Of a stretch of DNA of 64,000 bases, positions 52,817 through 64,000 are shown piece by piece. Both the position numbers and the translations under genes were made by a program. The notes beneath the pieces were generated by a model. The model did not search any database and was not told the origin of the DNA. It saw nothing but the letters and a program-made list of their open reading frames with translations. The stretch's first letter is position 1. Every line of letters starts with the position of its first letter. The DNA comes from Schmidtea polychroa (taxonomy: Eukaryota), in contig CM097885.1 in the NCBI GenBank assembly GCA_044892525.1, positions 235,168,001-235,232,000 on the forward strand. The letters are read 5' to 3'.

Positions 52817-54378
52817 ATCTAATCAGCCACGTGTCATCTTAGCTATCTTGTTGAATCTCTACAGTATATTTAGTGATCTCTTCTGGATTTGACACTTCAT
52901 GAAGGTTCGTAGAGTTTCTAAATGGCAAACAAGTACAAGTTTAATCTCCAAATCTGTTTGTAATGACACAAAGCAGGAGCGTATGACGGTCTTTCATTTG
53001 CTTATGGTCAGACAATACCCGCTCCGATTTCGTCACAATTAAAATTTGTTGCAGCAGCTAATATTCAAAATTAAAAAGCTTATTGAAGTTACCAATAAAG
53101 TTATCTGCTGCAATTGTCTTTTCACAAATGTTATTCTTAGTGTTGCTTTGTATTTTCTATTTATTTATCAATATATAGTCAACTTTTAAACATAGCGGAG
53201 AATACAAAGTCGCTGCATTAATATTGTTGTCATTCATTTTGAAACATATATCTTTCTTATTTTATTCTTGTTTTGAGGATAGTGTAAATCGTTGCTGTAA
53301 AGCAGGTATCACAGCTATTAAAACCGTAAAGTTTTCACAACCCACATGTAAAAAACAAGTAAAAGGTAAATACTTTAACTTAAATAAACTTAAACTTAAC
53401 TTTTATGCATCCGACTCTTTTAAGTTTCAGATCTCAAATTTCAAAATTATTCAAAATAAGTTAACTCTTTTTATTACAAAAATTTTCAAATAAGTTTCAT
53501 TTTGCAAGTAACTAAAATAATGCTACAAGATTTCCCATAAACATATACCTGTTTATATTAGGTTTAGATTTGTCTGCAATCGATTTCCTACCACAGACCT
53601 TTTGAAAGGTTTTTATGACAAGATTCACAATAATAATGTGGACGTTTAATCATTTTTATAATTAAAAAATATTAAAAATAATAAATAGCAAAACTGCTCT
53701 GAGAGGACAGGGTATTTTATTTGTTTTTTATACCACCGTTTCTTCAGCAGTTTATTTTATTTTGTTTTTTATGATGCGGATCATATTTTTTAAAATTTAA
53801 ACCTCTTTCGTGCATTGAATTAATTCTAATATACAAGGTGGCCAGCCTCATGCAGCAGAATCAATTCAATACATATAATGCACATTATTAACAGTTCTCG
53901 CTCCCAAAGGCGATTTCAACGGTGTTTTAAACGCACTACCGAAACACCGAAAGTTTTGAAGTAGGTTCGAAAGAAATTCAAACAAATCAAGAATCCATCC
54001 CGAGTGTGTTGGAAAGACTTATTCGCCACCACACACCATTCAATAAATTAGTTTTTCATATTTATTTTGCAAGCTAATTAAAATAGTTGTTATATTAAAA
54101 CAGAAACATTGAAATTAGTTTATCAAAAATTAGTTTTACTCTGGATTTGAACGATGTCTATTGTTTAGGTTTGTGCTACCTAGACTGTGGTTTTTTAACA
54201 ATTTAAAAATATTTTTTTGTAGAGTGGTAAGGAAATGGACCAATAAAGTCATCTCTGTTGATGAGATCGTAGACCGAGCTAAACAATATTTTCTCAAATG
54301 TTTTAAAGGTGAAGAAAAAAGAAATAAACGAATAAAAAATGCGTGAGCAAGAAAATAACTCATCCAGATGATTTAGAT

Positions 54379-54802
54379 CAGTGATTCTTAACCTGGGGTC
54401 CATGGACCCCCAGGGGGTCCGCGAACGGGTTCCAAGTGGTCCGCGGCACTATTTACAAAAAATCGTAAACAATTTTTTATGTTATCTTGATATTGTAACT
54501 AATATAATAAGGAACATTTCTTTACTATTTTGTAGCATCAAAATTCTAACATTTGAATTTTTATGTTAAAAAATTTAAGTCTCAGTAGGCACTTTTTTGA
54601 AAATATTTACACGTTGCTATGATACTATTCTGTTTTTGCATTGATTCGAAGTTTTTATTGTTGCTATATTAAAGTTAAATTTAGTTGAAGTTTTTTTTCT
54701 TTTAACTTGCGAGTGTTATTTAATTCTGTCAATTTCAGGGGTCCGTCTGTACCAATTATATATTTATGGGGTCCATAAGTTTGAAAAGGTTAAGAACCAC
54801 TG
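54379..54802. mobile_element. hAT (Buster/Charlie-type) MITE, 424 bp, perfect 8-bp TSD ATTTAGAT
   Basis: TIRs CAGTG(A/G)TTCTTAACCT. TSD at 54371-54378 and 54803-54810 with central TA. GGGGTCC subterminal repeats. Confidence 0.9.
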
Positions 54803-55617
54803 ATTTAGATTGTTTCCTAAAGTAGTAGTAAAAGGCATAAGAAAGTTCAATCCTTCGCTATCGAACGACCGTTAGGGGGTTTTCATAAAAAAATTCAATG
54901 AAGATTATAAAATAAATATAATATAGCAGAGTTAAGATAATTTTAAATTAAAATAGTAATAAAACTAAATTTAACATAATATTGTTTTCAACAAAAATCA
55001 TCTAATTTAATCTGCAAATTATTTTTAAATTTCCCGTACTTTAATAGTTATTTTCTTTTGTTCTTTTGGTGTGATTACTGAAATATTGCGTTTCACTTCT
55101 AATTTCTTAATGTCGCATTTTTACATCAGTTAACTCTTCAAATATAACCTAAAACTTGTGCCGTATTTTCCCCAAATGAATCTTTAATCATTTCTATCTT
55201 CAATCTGTTAAACATAATCTAGTAAGTTTTGAGTGTATTATAAAATGTTTGAAGTTAACTACAACATAACAAAAAATCGAACCGAGACTGTCCGAAACAA
55301 TGAAAACAGATCAATAATTATTAAAAATTTAATTTAAATTATTTCCTCATAAATTAAAGAGAAATTAATCAACATTCGATATTGCAAACAGTTGAATAAA
55401 TAGCACAAAACTTAATCGATCATGTTTATAAATAACACACAGGCTTACACAAATATTTATGAATGATCACGATTGTATGCATTTAATGAATAAATAACAC
55501 TAGGAAAATTACAACTAAAATAATAAAATATATATATTTGTGGCAAAACTACATCTAAAATGAAACTTAAACCAATTGGGACAGTTCACAAAGTCGGATA
55601 AATAAAACTATAAATAT

Positions 55618-56800
55618 CTAATAAGCATGATTTGCAACGAAAAGACTTTTTCCTCCGGCTGCGGTTTTCAAATCTCCCGAAAACTTTCCAAGTGCCGCAG
55701 CGCCATTGGCCTAAAGGATCATAGTAAAATAGGATTAGAAATACATTTCAATTACCGAAGCTAAGTGCATTAATTGATCTTGGGCCGCTTTTACATTTTC
55801 CTTTTTACCTTTCCATGCTTCTAAAACTGAAGCTTGTAAAGCTCTACCAAAACTAAAAGTAAGAGGCCAAGGTTTTCTACCATGGTATTTGTTAATAGCA
55901 TTTAAATTAATAGTAGCATCCGACTCTGACTGACCACCAGACAAAAATGTTACACCAGCAACTGCCGGTGGTACTGTGCGTTGTAAAGCTTTTACTGTTG
56001 CTTCTGCATTTTGCTCCATAGTATATTTGGTAGGACAACTTTGGCCTGCTGTTACCATATTTGGTTTTAATAAAGTACCTTCCAAATAAACATGGTGATC
56101 AGCTAAAGCTTTGTATACGTACGCTAAGACTTGTTCGGTGACTTTCTGAGCTTCATCCAAAGTATGATTACCATCTGGTAAAACTTCTGGTTCGACAATT
56201 GGAACAATTCCATTCTGTTGACAAATGGAAGCATATCTTGCTAAAACATTTGCATTTTCTAACATAGCTTGATGGCTAGGTGAATGAGGTCCTATTTTTA
56301 AAACGCATCTCCATTTAGCGAATTGAGCTCCATCTTTTTTATACTGTGCACATCTTTCGGCTAATCCATCTAGACCCTGTGTAGTAACTTCATCATGAGA
56401 ACCAGCCAATGGTACTACACCACTGTCAACTTTGATTCCGGGAATAATACCTCTCTCCTTAAGAAGTTTAACGAATGTGGTACCATCATCAGCTTTTTGA
56501 TATAGAGTTTCATGATACAAGATAACTCCGGAAATATGATTTCCCAATGATTTGTCTCCAGAAAAAAGCAAATGCCTATAATTCTTTCTGTTGTCTACGT
56601 TGTTTTCAACTCCAATGTTAGCAAATCGTTTTCCAATTGTGGCTAAGAATATGAAAATATATATTTTTTTAATTCAATACTCTAATACCTGTGCTTTCAT
56701 CAGCAGCCAGAATTCCTTTACCAGGGGCTACAATCGCTTCAGCAATTGCTCGTAATTCATCCTCCTGTTCTGTGGTTAAATACTTTGCGTACACAGGCAT
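55618..56800 (-). CDS. ALDO: Class I fructose-1,6-bisphosphate aldolase, 3 exons (56800-56689, 56642-55756, 55710-55618), 363 aa
   Basis: [35 protein letters not shown] and C-terminal [13 protein letters not shown] introns of 46 and 45 nt in consistent phase; total 1092 nt. Confidence 0.97.
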
Positions 56801-57304
56801 ATTTCGAATTTGAATTATATAATGATATGAGGTCACGTAACAAATAGCCTTATATATATTTTTGAATATAAACATCATTTATTAAAACAAACATATTTGA
56901 TTTGAAATTTCTGGTAAATTACTTTTCATACATAAAAAACGAGATTTTTGAAAATTTAACCAAATATTAATTAAATTTTAAGAGAAATAAAATTTATTAA
57001 AAGTTTAAAATAATTTGTAATAACTAAAATATAATTATATAGTTATTATCATTATTATTTAACGTAATTGTCTTATATAAAGTACGAATATATAGTAATT
57101 ATTACATAAACTATTTTAATTTAACTATTTTGATGAAGTTATTTTCAGAACAAAAATAACCTAGTGTTTAAATATTTCAATGAAAAAATTATCATATGTA
57201 AAATGCCTTATATGAACTTCAATTTTTATTAATAATAATTAATTATTTAAATTTAATATTTGAATAAGTATTACGCTTTGTGGTCATCAAATATAAATCC
57301 AGTT

Positions 57305-58996
57305 ATGAATTATGATATTTTTAATTACAAAAAGGGCTGTGAAGTCAAAACGGACCACGCAGAAAATTGCAAACAAAATAATGATTTACCCAATAAATAT
57401 ATAAGTTTTTCAAACCAATTTTCTAAATTTTATCACTATGAAAATCATGAAATTTCAAAAGAAATCAGTTTTAATACAAATCACAAAACTGAACTATTCA
57501 ATATAATGATTAAAAATACTCCTTTTAACAACTTCATTCAACATTTTAAAAGCGATTTTATCCAAGATATTAATAAATTCAAAGAATTGGAAATTATCTA
57601 TAAAGTACAGTGAATTAGATTATTAATTCATAATTAGAAAATTTAATATTTAGGACGTTAGTAGTACTTATAATGATATTGTAAAATCAAACAATAATGG
57701 AGGCAAAGAATTCATTTTAATTGAAAAGCAACAAAATCAGGTCAATTTTATATAATTTTATTTAAAAAATGAATAAATAAATTTTTAGATGATTGATGTA
57801 TCTATTTCTAAAATATTAAAAGTGCTCTTATCTACAGTAAAGTGCCACTTAATTGCGTCAAATAATGAATTTGATAGTGATAATGACGTTTTTAAAATTA
57901 TTGAAGATTCGATAAAAGAATTACCGCTACTAATACTGTCCAAAGTTATCAATGAATCTCATGAATCAAGTATTAGAGAAATTAAGCAATTCATACATGA
58001 AATAATAGAAGAAAATGCCAATTGTTGGAGTAGTTTCATAATTTTCTTATTTATTTTATTCTTTAATCGAATATAAAATTTTCGCAATAAATAATATTTA
58101 AATAAGATTATAAATTTATTAAAAATTTATTTACATGACAATCGATAATTTTAAATGTAAGGTGTAATGCATAATAAAAAACGAAAATCTAAATAAAAAA
58201 TCGCTAATTGCTAATAAAAACGAATTAAATAAAAACTTTTCTACTTTTAGAGTTATCGAATAGAAAGATTACATTGCGAAGGAGGAAAGGGGGGTTTTGA
58301 ATATATGTGACACTTTGTATCATAAGGGGTATTTGTTAAACAATGTGATGCCACAAATAAATAGAACTCTTCGGCAATACGGGGGAAAGAAACTGAAATA
58401 TCATTTCCAGGACAAGAAAGGTTCCACTATTGAATGTAGGAGCGATGAAAGGAGAGATAAGATAGGACTATAAACATTATGATACAGAATGAATTGTAAA
58501 CAAAACCGAAAAGAGAAATATGGCGAAGGAAGGCTCATAAAATAACTAAGAGAATAATTGAGAAGATGTAATAATTCAACAAAATCAATAAAACCTTTAT
58601 TAATATTTAAATAAATACAAATTAAAATTTTCTCCGTTGTCTTCCTTTTTTAGAATTTGAAATTTGATTACTTTTACACAAAATGTCATCATATCACAAG
58701 GGATCGCCTAACAAATTTGTGATCGAGATTAGAAAAGGTCAGAAATGTTGGGGCCCTGAATGAGATATTAAATACTGATGATTTTTATTCATTTATGAAC
58801 ACTGGGCATTTTAGACATGTTTGATATATTGATATTTTCAATCATTTCTGGTATATATTAAGAATATTAAGTATAAGTATATATTAAGAGGATATATATT
58901 AAGTATATATATTAAGTATATATTAAGAGGACTAACTCGATAAAAGAGACAATTAAAAGAATTATTTAATGGTCAAACAGAAATTTCTAGAAATTG

Positions 58997-59034
<38 letters not shown>

Positions 59035-62000
59035 CATAATCATAATAATAATCATAATAGTTAATAATAATTAATAATAATAATAATAATAATTAATAAT
59101 AATAATTATTATTAAAAATGATAATAATATTAATTAATAATTACATTATTTTCGTTGTCAAACTGTTAAAATTATTTTAGTTAGAGACATCATAATAATT
59201 CGAAAACATTTACTAAAAATATTGCCATTAAAGGACTTTTCAATTAAATAAGGTTTTATTATGGTAATGTGTTTTGAATACAATTAGATATAAATTTTCA
59301 GTCGGGATTTTAATGTATCGAAACTTAAAAATTGCTCCGTCATTTTTGACGGGTAACAGCTTGTAATGATAATAATTAATAATCACAAATCATAATTTCC
59401 GTTGTCTGTCTGGATATAACGCTATTAAATAAATTAAATTGATAAATAATATTTTATATTACTCTATAATTATAAGTAGATAAATATTAAAAAAAAATTA
59501 TTTTAGTTAAAAAGACATCAGGGGTAATTACTTAATAACTCGAAAACATTTACTAAAAATATTGTCATTAAAGAGCTTTTCAATTAAATAAGGTTTTTTA
59601 TGGTTATATATTTTGAATACGATTCAATATAAATTTTCAGCCGGGATTTTAATAAATCGAAACTAAAAAATTGCACCGTCATTTTTGACGGGTAACAGCT
59701 TGTAATGATAATAATTAATAATAATAATAATAATGATAATAATAGTTAATAATTAATAATCATAATAATTATGATAATAATTATAAGTCTATAATCCTAA
59801 TTTTAGTAAATTTTTTAATAATCATAATTATAAAAATTAGTTAATTTAATGAAAGCAATTTATTTGCTTAGGCTACAAAAGTGCGATTGAAATCTGGTTG
59901 TTGTTATTCACAAGAATAGGAAGCCTAGACAACATTCTGGAGTGGCTGTGTTTAGTAATCCAACGAATCGACTCGGAAAATGATATATTAATCAGAACTG
60001 AAATCTTGAGCAATGTGTTTGAGTCCCTGTTCAATGGAGAAGGCCAATTAAAGGCTGAAATTAAAGAAAATATGATGGATTGTTTAGAGATTGACATTTT
60101 AGAACAGGAATTTATTGGATTGACGAAGGCTATTAATTTTATATTCTTGGGGGTTAGAATTACATTTTTGTAACATTCAATTTTATTTCAATGCTGACAA
60201 TATTCAATTGAAATAATATCAAAATTATAAGATGCGTAATATCCGTGACTGCTAATATGGCGTTAAGTCCTTGATATGCTGGAGCCAATGTTGAATGCCA
60301 GCTCTTCATTTACTTTATTGGGTTTTTTAAATTTAAAACTAAATGAATATTTGACATTTACTATATAATGAAAAAATTTGAATTTCTTTTTTAAATTACA
60401 ATAATTTTAAAGATTTTTATATATATATGTATATTGATTTATTAAATATTTAAACTATTTATTTATATTATCCATTTCGTATATTGTAAAAATCTGACAT
60501 TTTACACAGTGAGTCAGTTGCTAAATATTTTCCAGTACATCATTGCTTTAAATCGAATGTGCGTCTAGTAGATAGCTAGATATGTAGGCAAAAGTCAGAA
60601 TAGTCGAATATGGAAGTCAAAAAAAGAGTCGACAGATCGTGAAAAATTAGCCGAGTTTGGAGATGAGATTGGTCTAATCTTTGCAGCAGGTGAATGCTTA
60701 GAAATTTTGTCAGGTGCCAAAAACTTGTTTCTTGCTGCCACATTCAAAGTGAGACCACATCCAAAACTGTTTGCTCAAGTTTTGAACATCCTAATAGACT
60801 TCAAAGGAACAGTTCTTCCAATCATTCATGTTGTTATGACAAGTAAACATCAGGGATTGTATGAGAGCATCATCGAAAAGCTGAAATCCTTTGGAGGGGA
60901 AAACTTTGCACCTCAAAATTCAATGTCAGATAACTAACACCCTTTTCAAAAAATTGTATTATTTTTGACCCCTAAAGATCTGACTATTTTTTTGTACTAC
61001 ATTTTCGACGATTATTTCGGGTTTCAACATTGGCGACGATTTTTTTTGGCTTCCATATTCGACTATTCTAACCCTTACCGATATGTATACCGTGGTGTAA
61101 TTCCAGGAACAAAGTTTATTTGATAAAAAGGTCAATAAAAGAAGATTTAAGTATTATAACAGTTCAACAATTTTGGAAAATGTCATATGGAAGCTTGATT
61201 CTCATGTCCACCGTCTGCATTTTATGTACTTCGTCCATCGCTCCCTTCTTATGTATCCACAACATTCTTGGTTGACGATTGTTTAGTTTTTTTTGAAGTT
61301 GTATCCTCGATGGAGTTAAACTTATGCTTGCTCTTTTTTTCAATATTGACCTGGATTTCATCTTCAATCATTACTTGATATATGCTTCCTTACACTCATT
61401 TGCAACTTTCCTGTGAGTCTGTAGCAACTGCTTCTTCCATATAACTCAAGTTTGCACCTTGATTTGATCGAACCAGAAGTAGAAGCACTTTTATTGACAA
61501 ACTATACATCACATTAAAGAATTTTAAGCAACTAAATGATAAGATAAACCTTTTGTACAATCTTTATTTCAGAACTTAGCTGGAATGTTCAATGTTTGCT
61601 TCTGTCTTCTTATAACATTCATCTTCAGCATTTTTATTGGATACAAAGTTGATTAAATAAAATATGACAATTAAAATACAATGTCAATGGAAAAGAACTG
61701 AGTGGTGAAATTTGATAAAAAAATTTCTTATAATATTTAAAAAAAAACCTGTAATTCAAAATTATTAGATTTTCAAAAAATCTTTCTTAAAATAATTAAA
61801 CCCCCCGAATTCTAACCTAATTGAGTAATATATATTATTCACATGGAGCTCATATAAAATGCCATTACTAGTTTTGTAAGATACTACTTTTTAACCTCTG
61901 TTTTTGGATGGGAGTAAATTCTTTAGCAATTCTTTATAAATATAGGGGTTCGAATTTATTTTACGTCAATTTTGCGTTCAACTTTGTCATAATAATATAT

Positions 62001-63385
62001 TTATTTAATCCACCATGAATACTTTGCTTTTAGTTTCTCTCTCTCTTAAACATCCATTTAAAAATTTGAATTATTAAACCTATAGAAAAACAAAGATTTT
62101 TTTCTGTAAAATAATATCCATTTCATCTTGATGGCAATCATATAACAGTTCGACAAATCTGGTAGTGTTACATTTCAAAACTAATACTCTTCCTTATAAT
62201 ACGGTTTATTTCACTCAATATATAAGAAATGTGGTGGTTGTAATGGTAAGGAATTACATGAAAAAGTTTATATTAATTATGAACAATGTTGCAATCTAAG
62301 CTAATGGATGTGAGTTATTGTTTCTTTCGTCCTATTTGGATTTCTGAACCTAATCGAAGATTGTTTCGTCAAGTAGACAGCTTATATCAGATATAAGTGA
62401 TAAATGATTAATTAAATTGTTACTCTTCGTAAAAATATAAAAAATTTAATAATTTAAATTTGCTTTTTCTATTTATTCTTCAATTTTTACAAAAACATTA
62501 CTTTTTTTTATTATAGATTTATTTTTTCAATTTTATAGATGAAAGAGTATGCAAAAAAGGAAAACATATATAAAGGATTAAATAAATAAATATATCATTA
62601 TGTTTGAAATGAACGCAAATCCATGTAATGTTTCTTACAAGAAGTATACGAGATATTTTACATCTATTTATAAATAACATTTTTTGCTCTGTTGATTTTA
62701 TTTTTTAGCAAAATCATGGGCTATAACAACAAGTTAATAATATTTGCTATATTCAAAAGAATTTATAGTAAATTATATTAAACATCGTTCTTGACCGATA
62801 GTCTATTTTTAATAGTTCTTGATTAACTTTACTTGCTAAAACTTCTGATCAAGGAAGTAGTAGAAATAAGGTGTATTAGCAATATTCAGAGTTCACCATA
62901 TATATATTATTTAATTAATCCAAATTCACGAACATCCTGCCAAATATCTAGCGGAGTTGCAGTTTTTTTAGTTTTTGTCATTTCCATTTATTTCGTCTTG
63001 GACCCTGTTTAACTGTCTAGTTACGACAGTGTTCATATGAGTCTTGAAAATGTAGCATCACTGTCTCTGATTGAGTGTTTTAATTCTGGATTCTTAATAG
63101 GAACTTTGTTTTGTAAATGAAATTCTATTCTTAAACGATTCAAATTTTGCAATTTTTTTTATTTTAATTTGACACTATCAGGTACTAAGAGCGTTCAAAA
63201 TTCATTCTAAATATCGACAAGGAATCCATGAGACTAAGAAATTAAATAATGACACCAAAAGTAATCCTTTTAAAGACATTTATATTTGGGAACATGGAAG
63301 AAAATTGGAAACACTTAAGGCTCCTTATAATGATAGTTTGATGACTCGTTTGAGCTGTTCGAAAGAAAGTCATTCTGTTAAAGAA
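57305..63385 (+). CDS. Unidentified spliced protein-coding gene (exons about 57305-57604, 57654-57740, 57789-58029, 59872-60152, 63182-63385), continuing past the window
   Basis: Five open exons joined by GT-AG introns with mutually consistent phases (0,0,1,0). No domain recognised. Start codon uncertain. Confidence 0.7.
59165..59703 (+). mobile_element. Two tandem copies (about 200 bp) of a Helitron-like 3' end
   Basis: Direct repeats at about 59165-59364 and 59495-59703. Each ends in the hairpin CCGTCA-TTTT-TGACGG followed by GTAACAGCTTG|T, close to the CTRR-T Helitron terminus. Confidence 0.5.
60587..61079 (+). mobile_element. Non-autonomous MULE (Mutator-like) deletion derivative, 493 bp
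   Basis: About 40-bp TIRs (GG..A..GT.AGAATAGTCGAATATGGAAG.CAAAAAAA) and 8-bp TSD GATATGTA (60579-60586, 61080-61087). Internal MULE transposase fragment LFLAATFKVRP...LPIIHVVMTSK...Y with the DGTF motif degenerate. Confidence 0.85.
61150..61640 (-). mobile_element. Possible decayed DNA-transposase C-terminal fragment
   Basis: Minus-strand acidic/basic low-complexity stretch followed by broken Cys/Trp motifs (ECCG...W...KCRRW). Confidence 0.25.
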
Positions 63386-64000
63386 GTAAGTTTAAAATAT
63401 TTTCTTGTTGATTGTATATCTATAAAATATTTTCAATTTGGAACTTTTTAATGATTTTAACCCTCGGAATATCATATGATATACCAAGTCTAGTTACATT
63501 TGACCCATTTGGTATTTAGTTACATGGGAATTAAATATTTGTTTATTGTTATTAAGATTGGGAAACACATCTCATATTAAAAAGTCACGATTTATTAAGT
63601 AATTATATTATGTAACTAAATATTAAAAAAATATTCCACGTTTATTTTCACTTGTACAGACGGTTATTGGTTATGTAATATTTACAATACCGCCTATTAT
63701 GTATTCTTGATTCTGCTATTCACAAATATTTTTATGGTAATATTTATTATAAATAAAATTATTAAAACTGTTGGAAGTATATTTTAGACTTTAGTATTTA
63801 AATTAAAGTGAAATATATCTTGAGTTGTTATATATATAATTTATATATATATAAAATTATAAATTAATTATAAATTCTTATTATTATAAATTCTTAGATT
63901 AACTTATTTATATATAGCAAAAATGATCCTTTTAAGATTACATATTTTGGAACATTGAAAGAAATTTGAAACACAAAAAGGAATAAGTTAAAATAAAATT

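Noticed and set aside
54136..54569. Cluster of short overlapping ORFs
   Set aside because: No recognisable domains, and they partly overlap a hAT MITE.

Overview
Very AT-rich eukaryotic DNA with many short (43-50 nt) GT-AG introns. The aldolase sequence looks flatworm-like, but the organism is an inference. Host genes: the 3' half of a spliced PIK3R4/VPS15 gene (+ strand, 8 phase-consistent exons, 1442-48254), a complete 3-exon class I fructose-bisphosphate aldolase (- strand, 55618-56800), and an unidentified spliced gene head-to-head with aldolase (57305 to beyond 63385). The dominant feature is a 31,964-bp insertion (10573-42536) 58 bp into a VPS15 intron. It has a perfect 6-bp target-site duplication (TAATGC) and 5'-AGTAGAGAG...CTCTCTACT-3' termini, which are Maverick/Polinton-type ends, but I see no polymerase, integrase or capsid ORF. 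It is a giant palindrome (about 7.3-kb arms around a 532-bp spacer). Its right part is amplified as three head-to-tail units of about 8.4 kb joined by identical junctions, and the spacer is flipped in the last unit. Its only recognisable cargo is an IAP-type RING-finger ORF in 4 identical copies, and its ends are packed with AP-1/RFX/NR5A/SOX-like motifs. The flanks hold Tc1, pogo, hAT, MULE, Helitron-like and Ty3/Gypsy remnants, plus a REXO4/ISG20-like exonuclease ORF.
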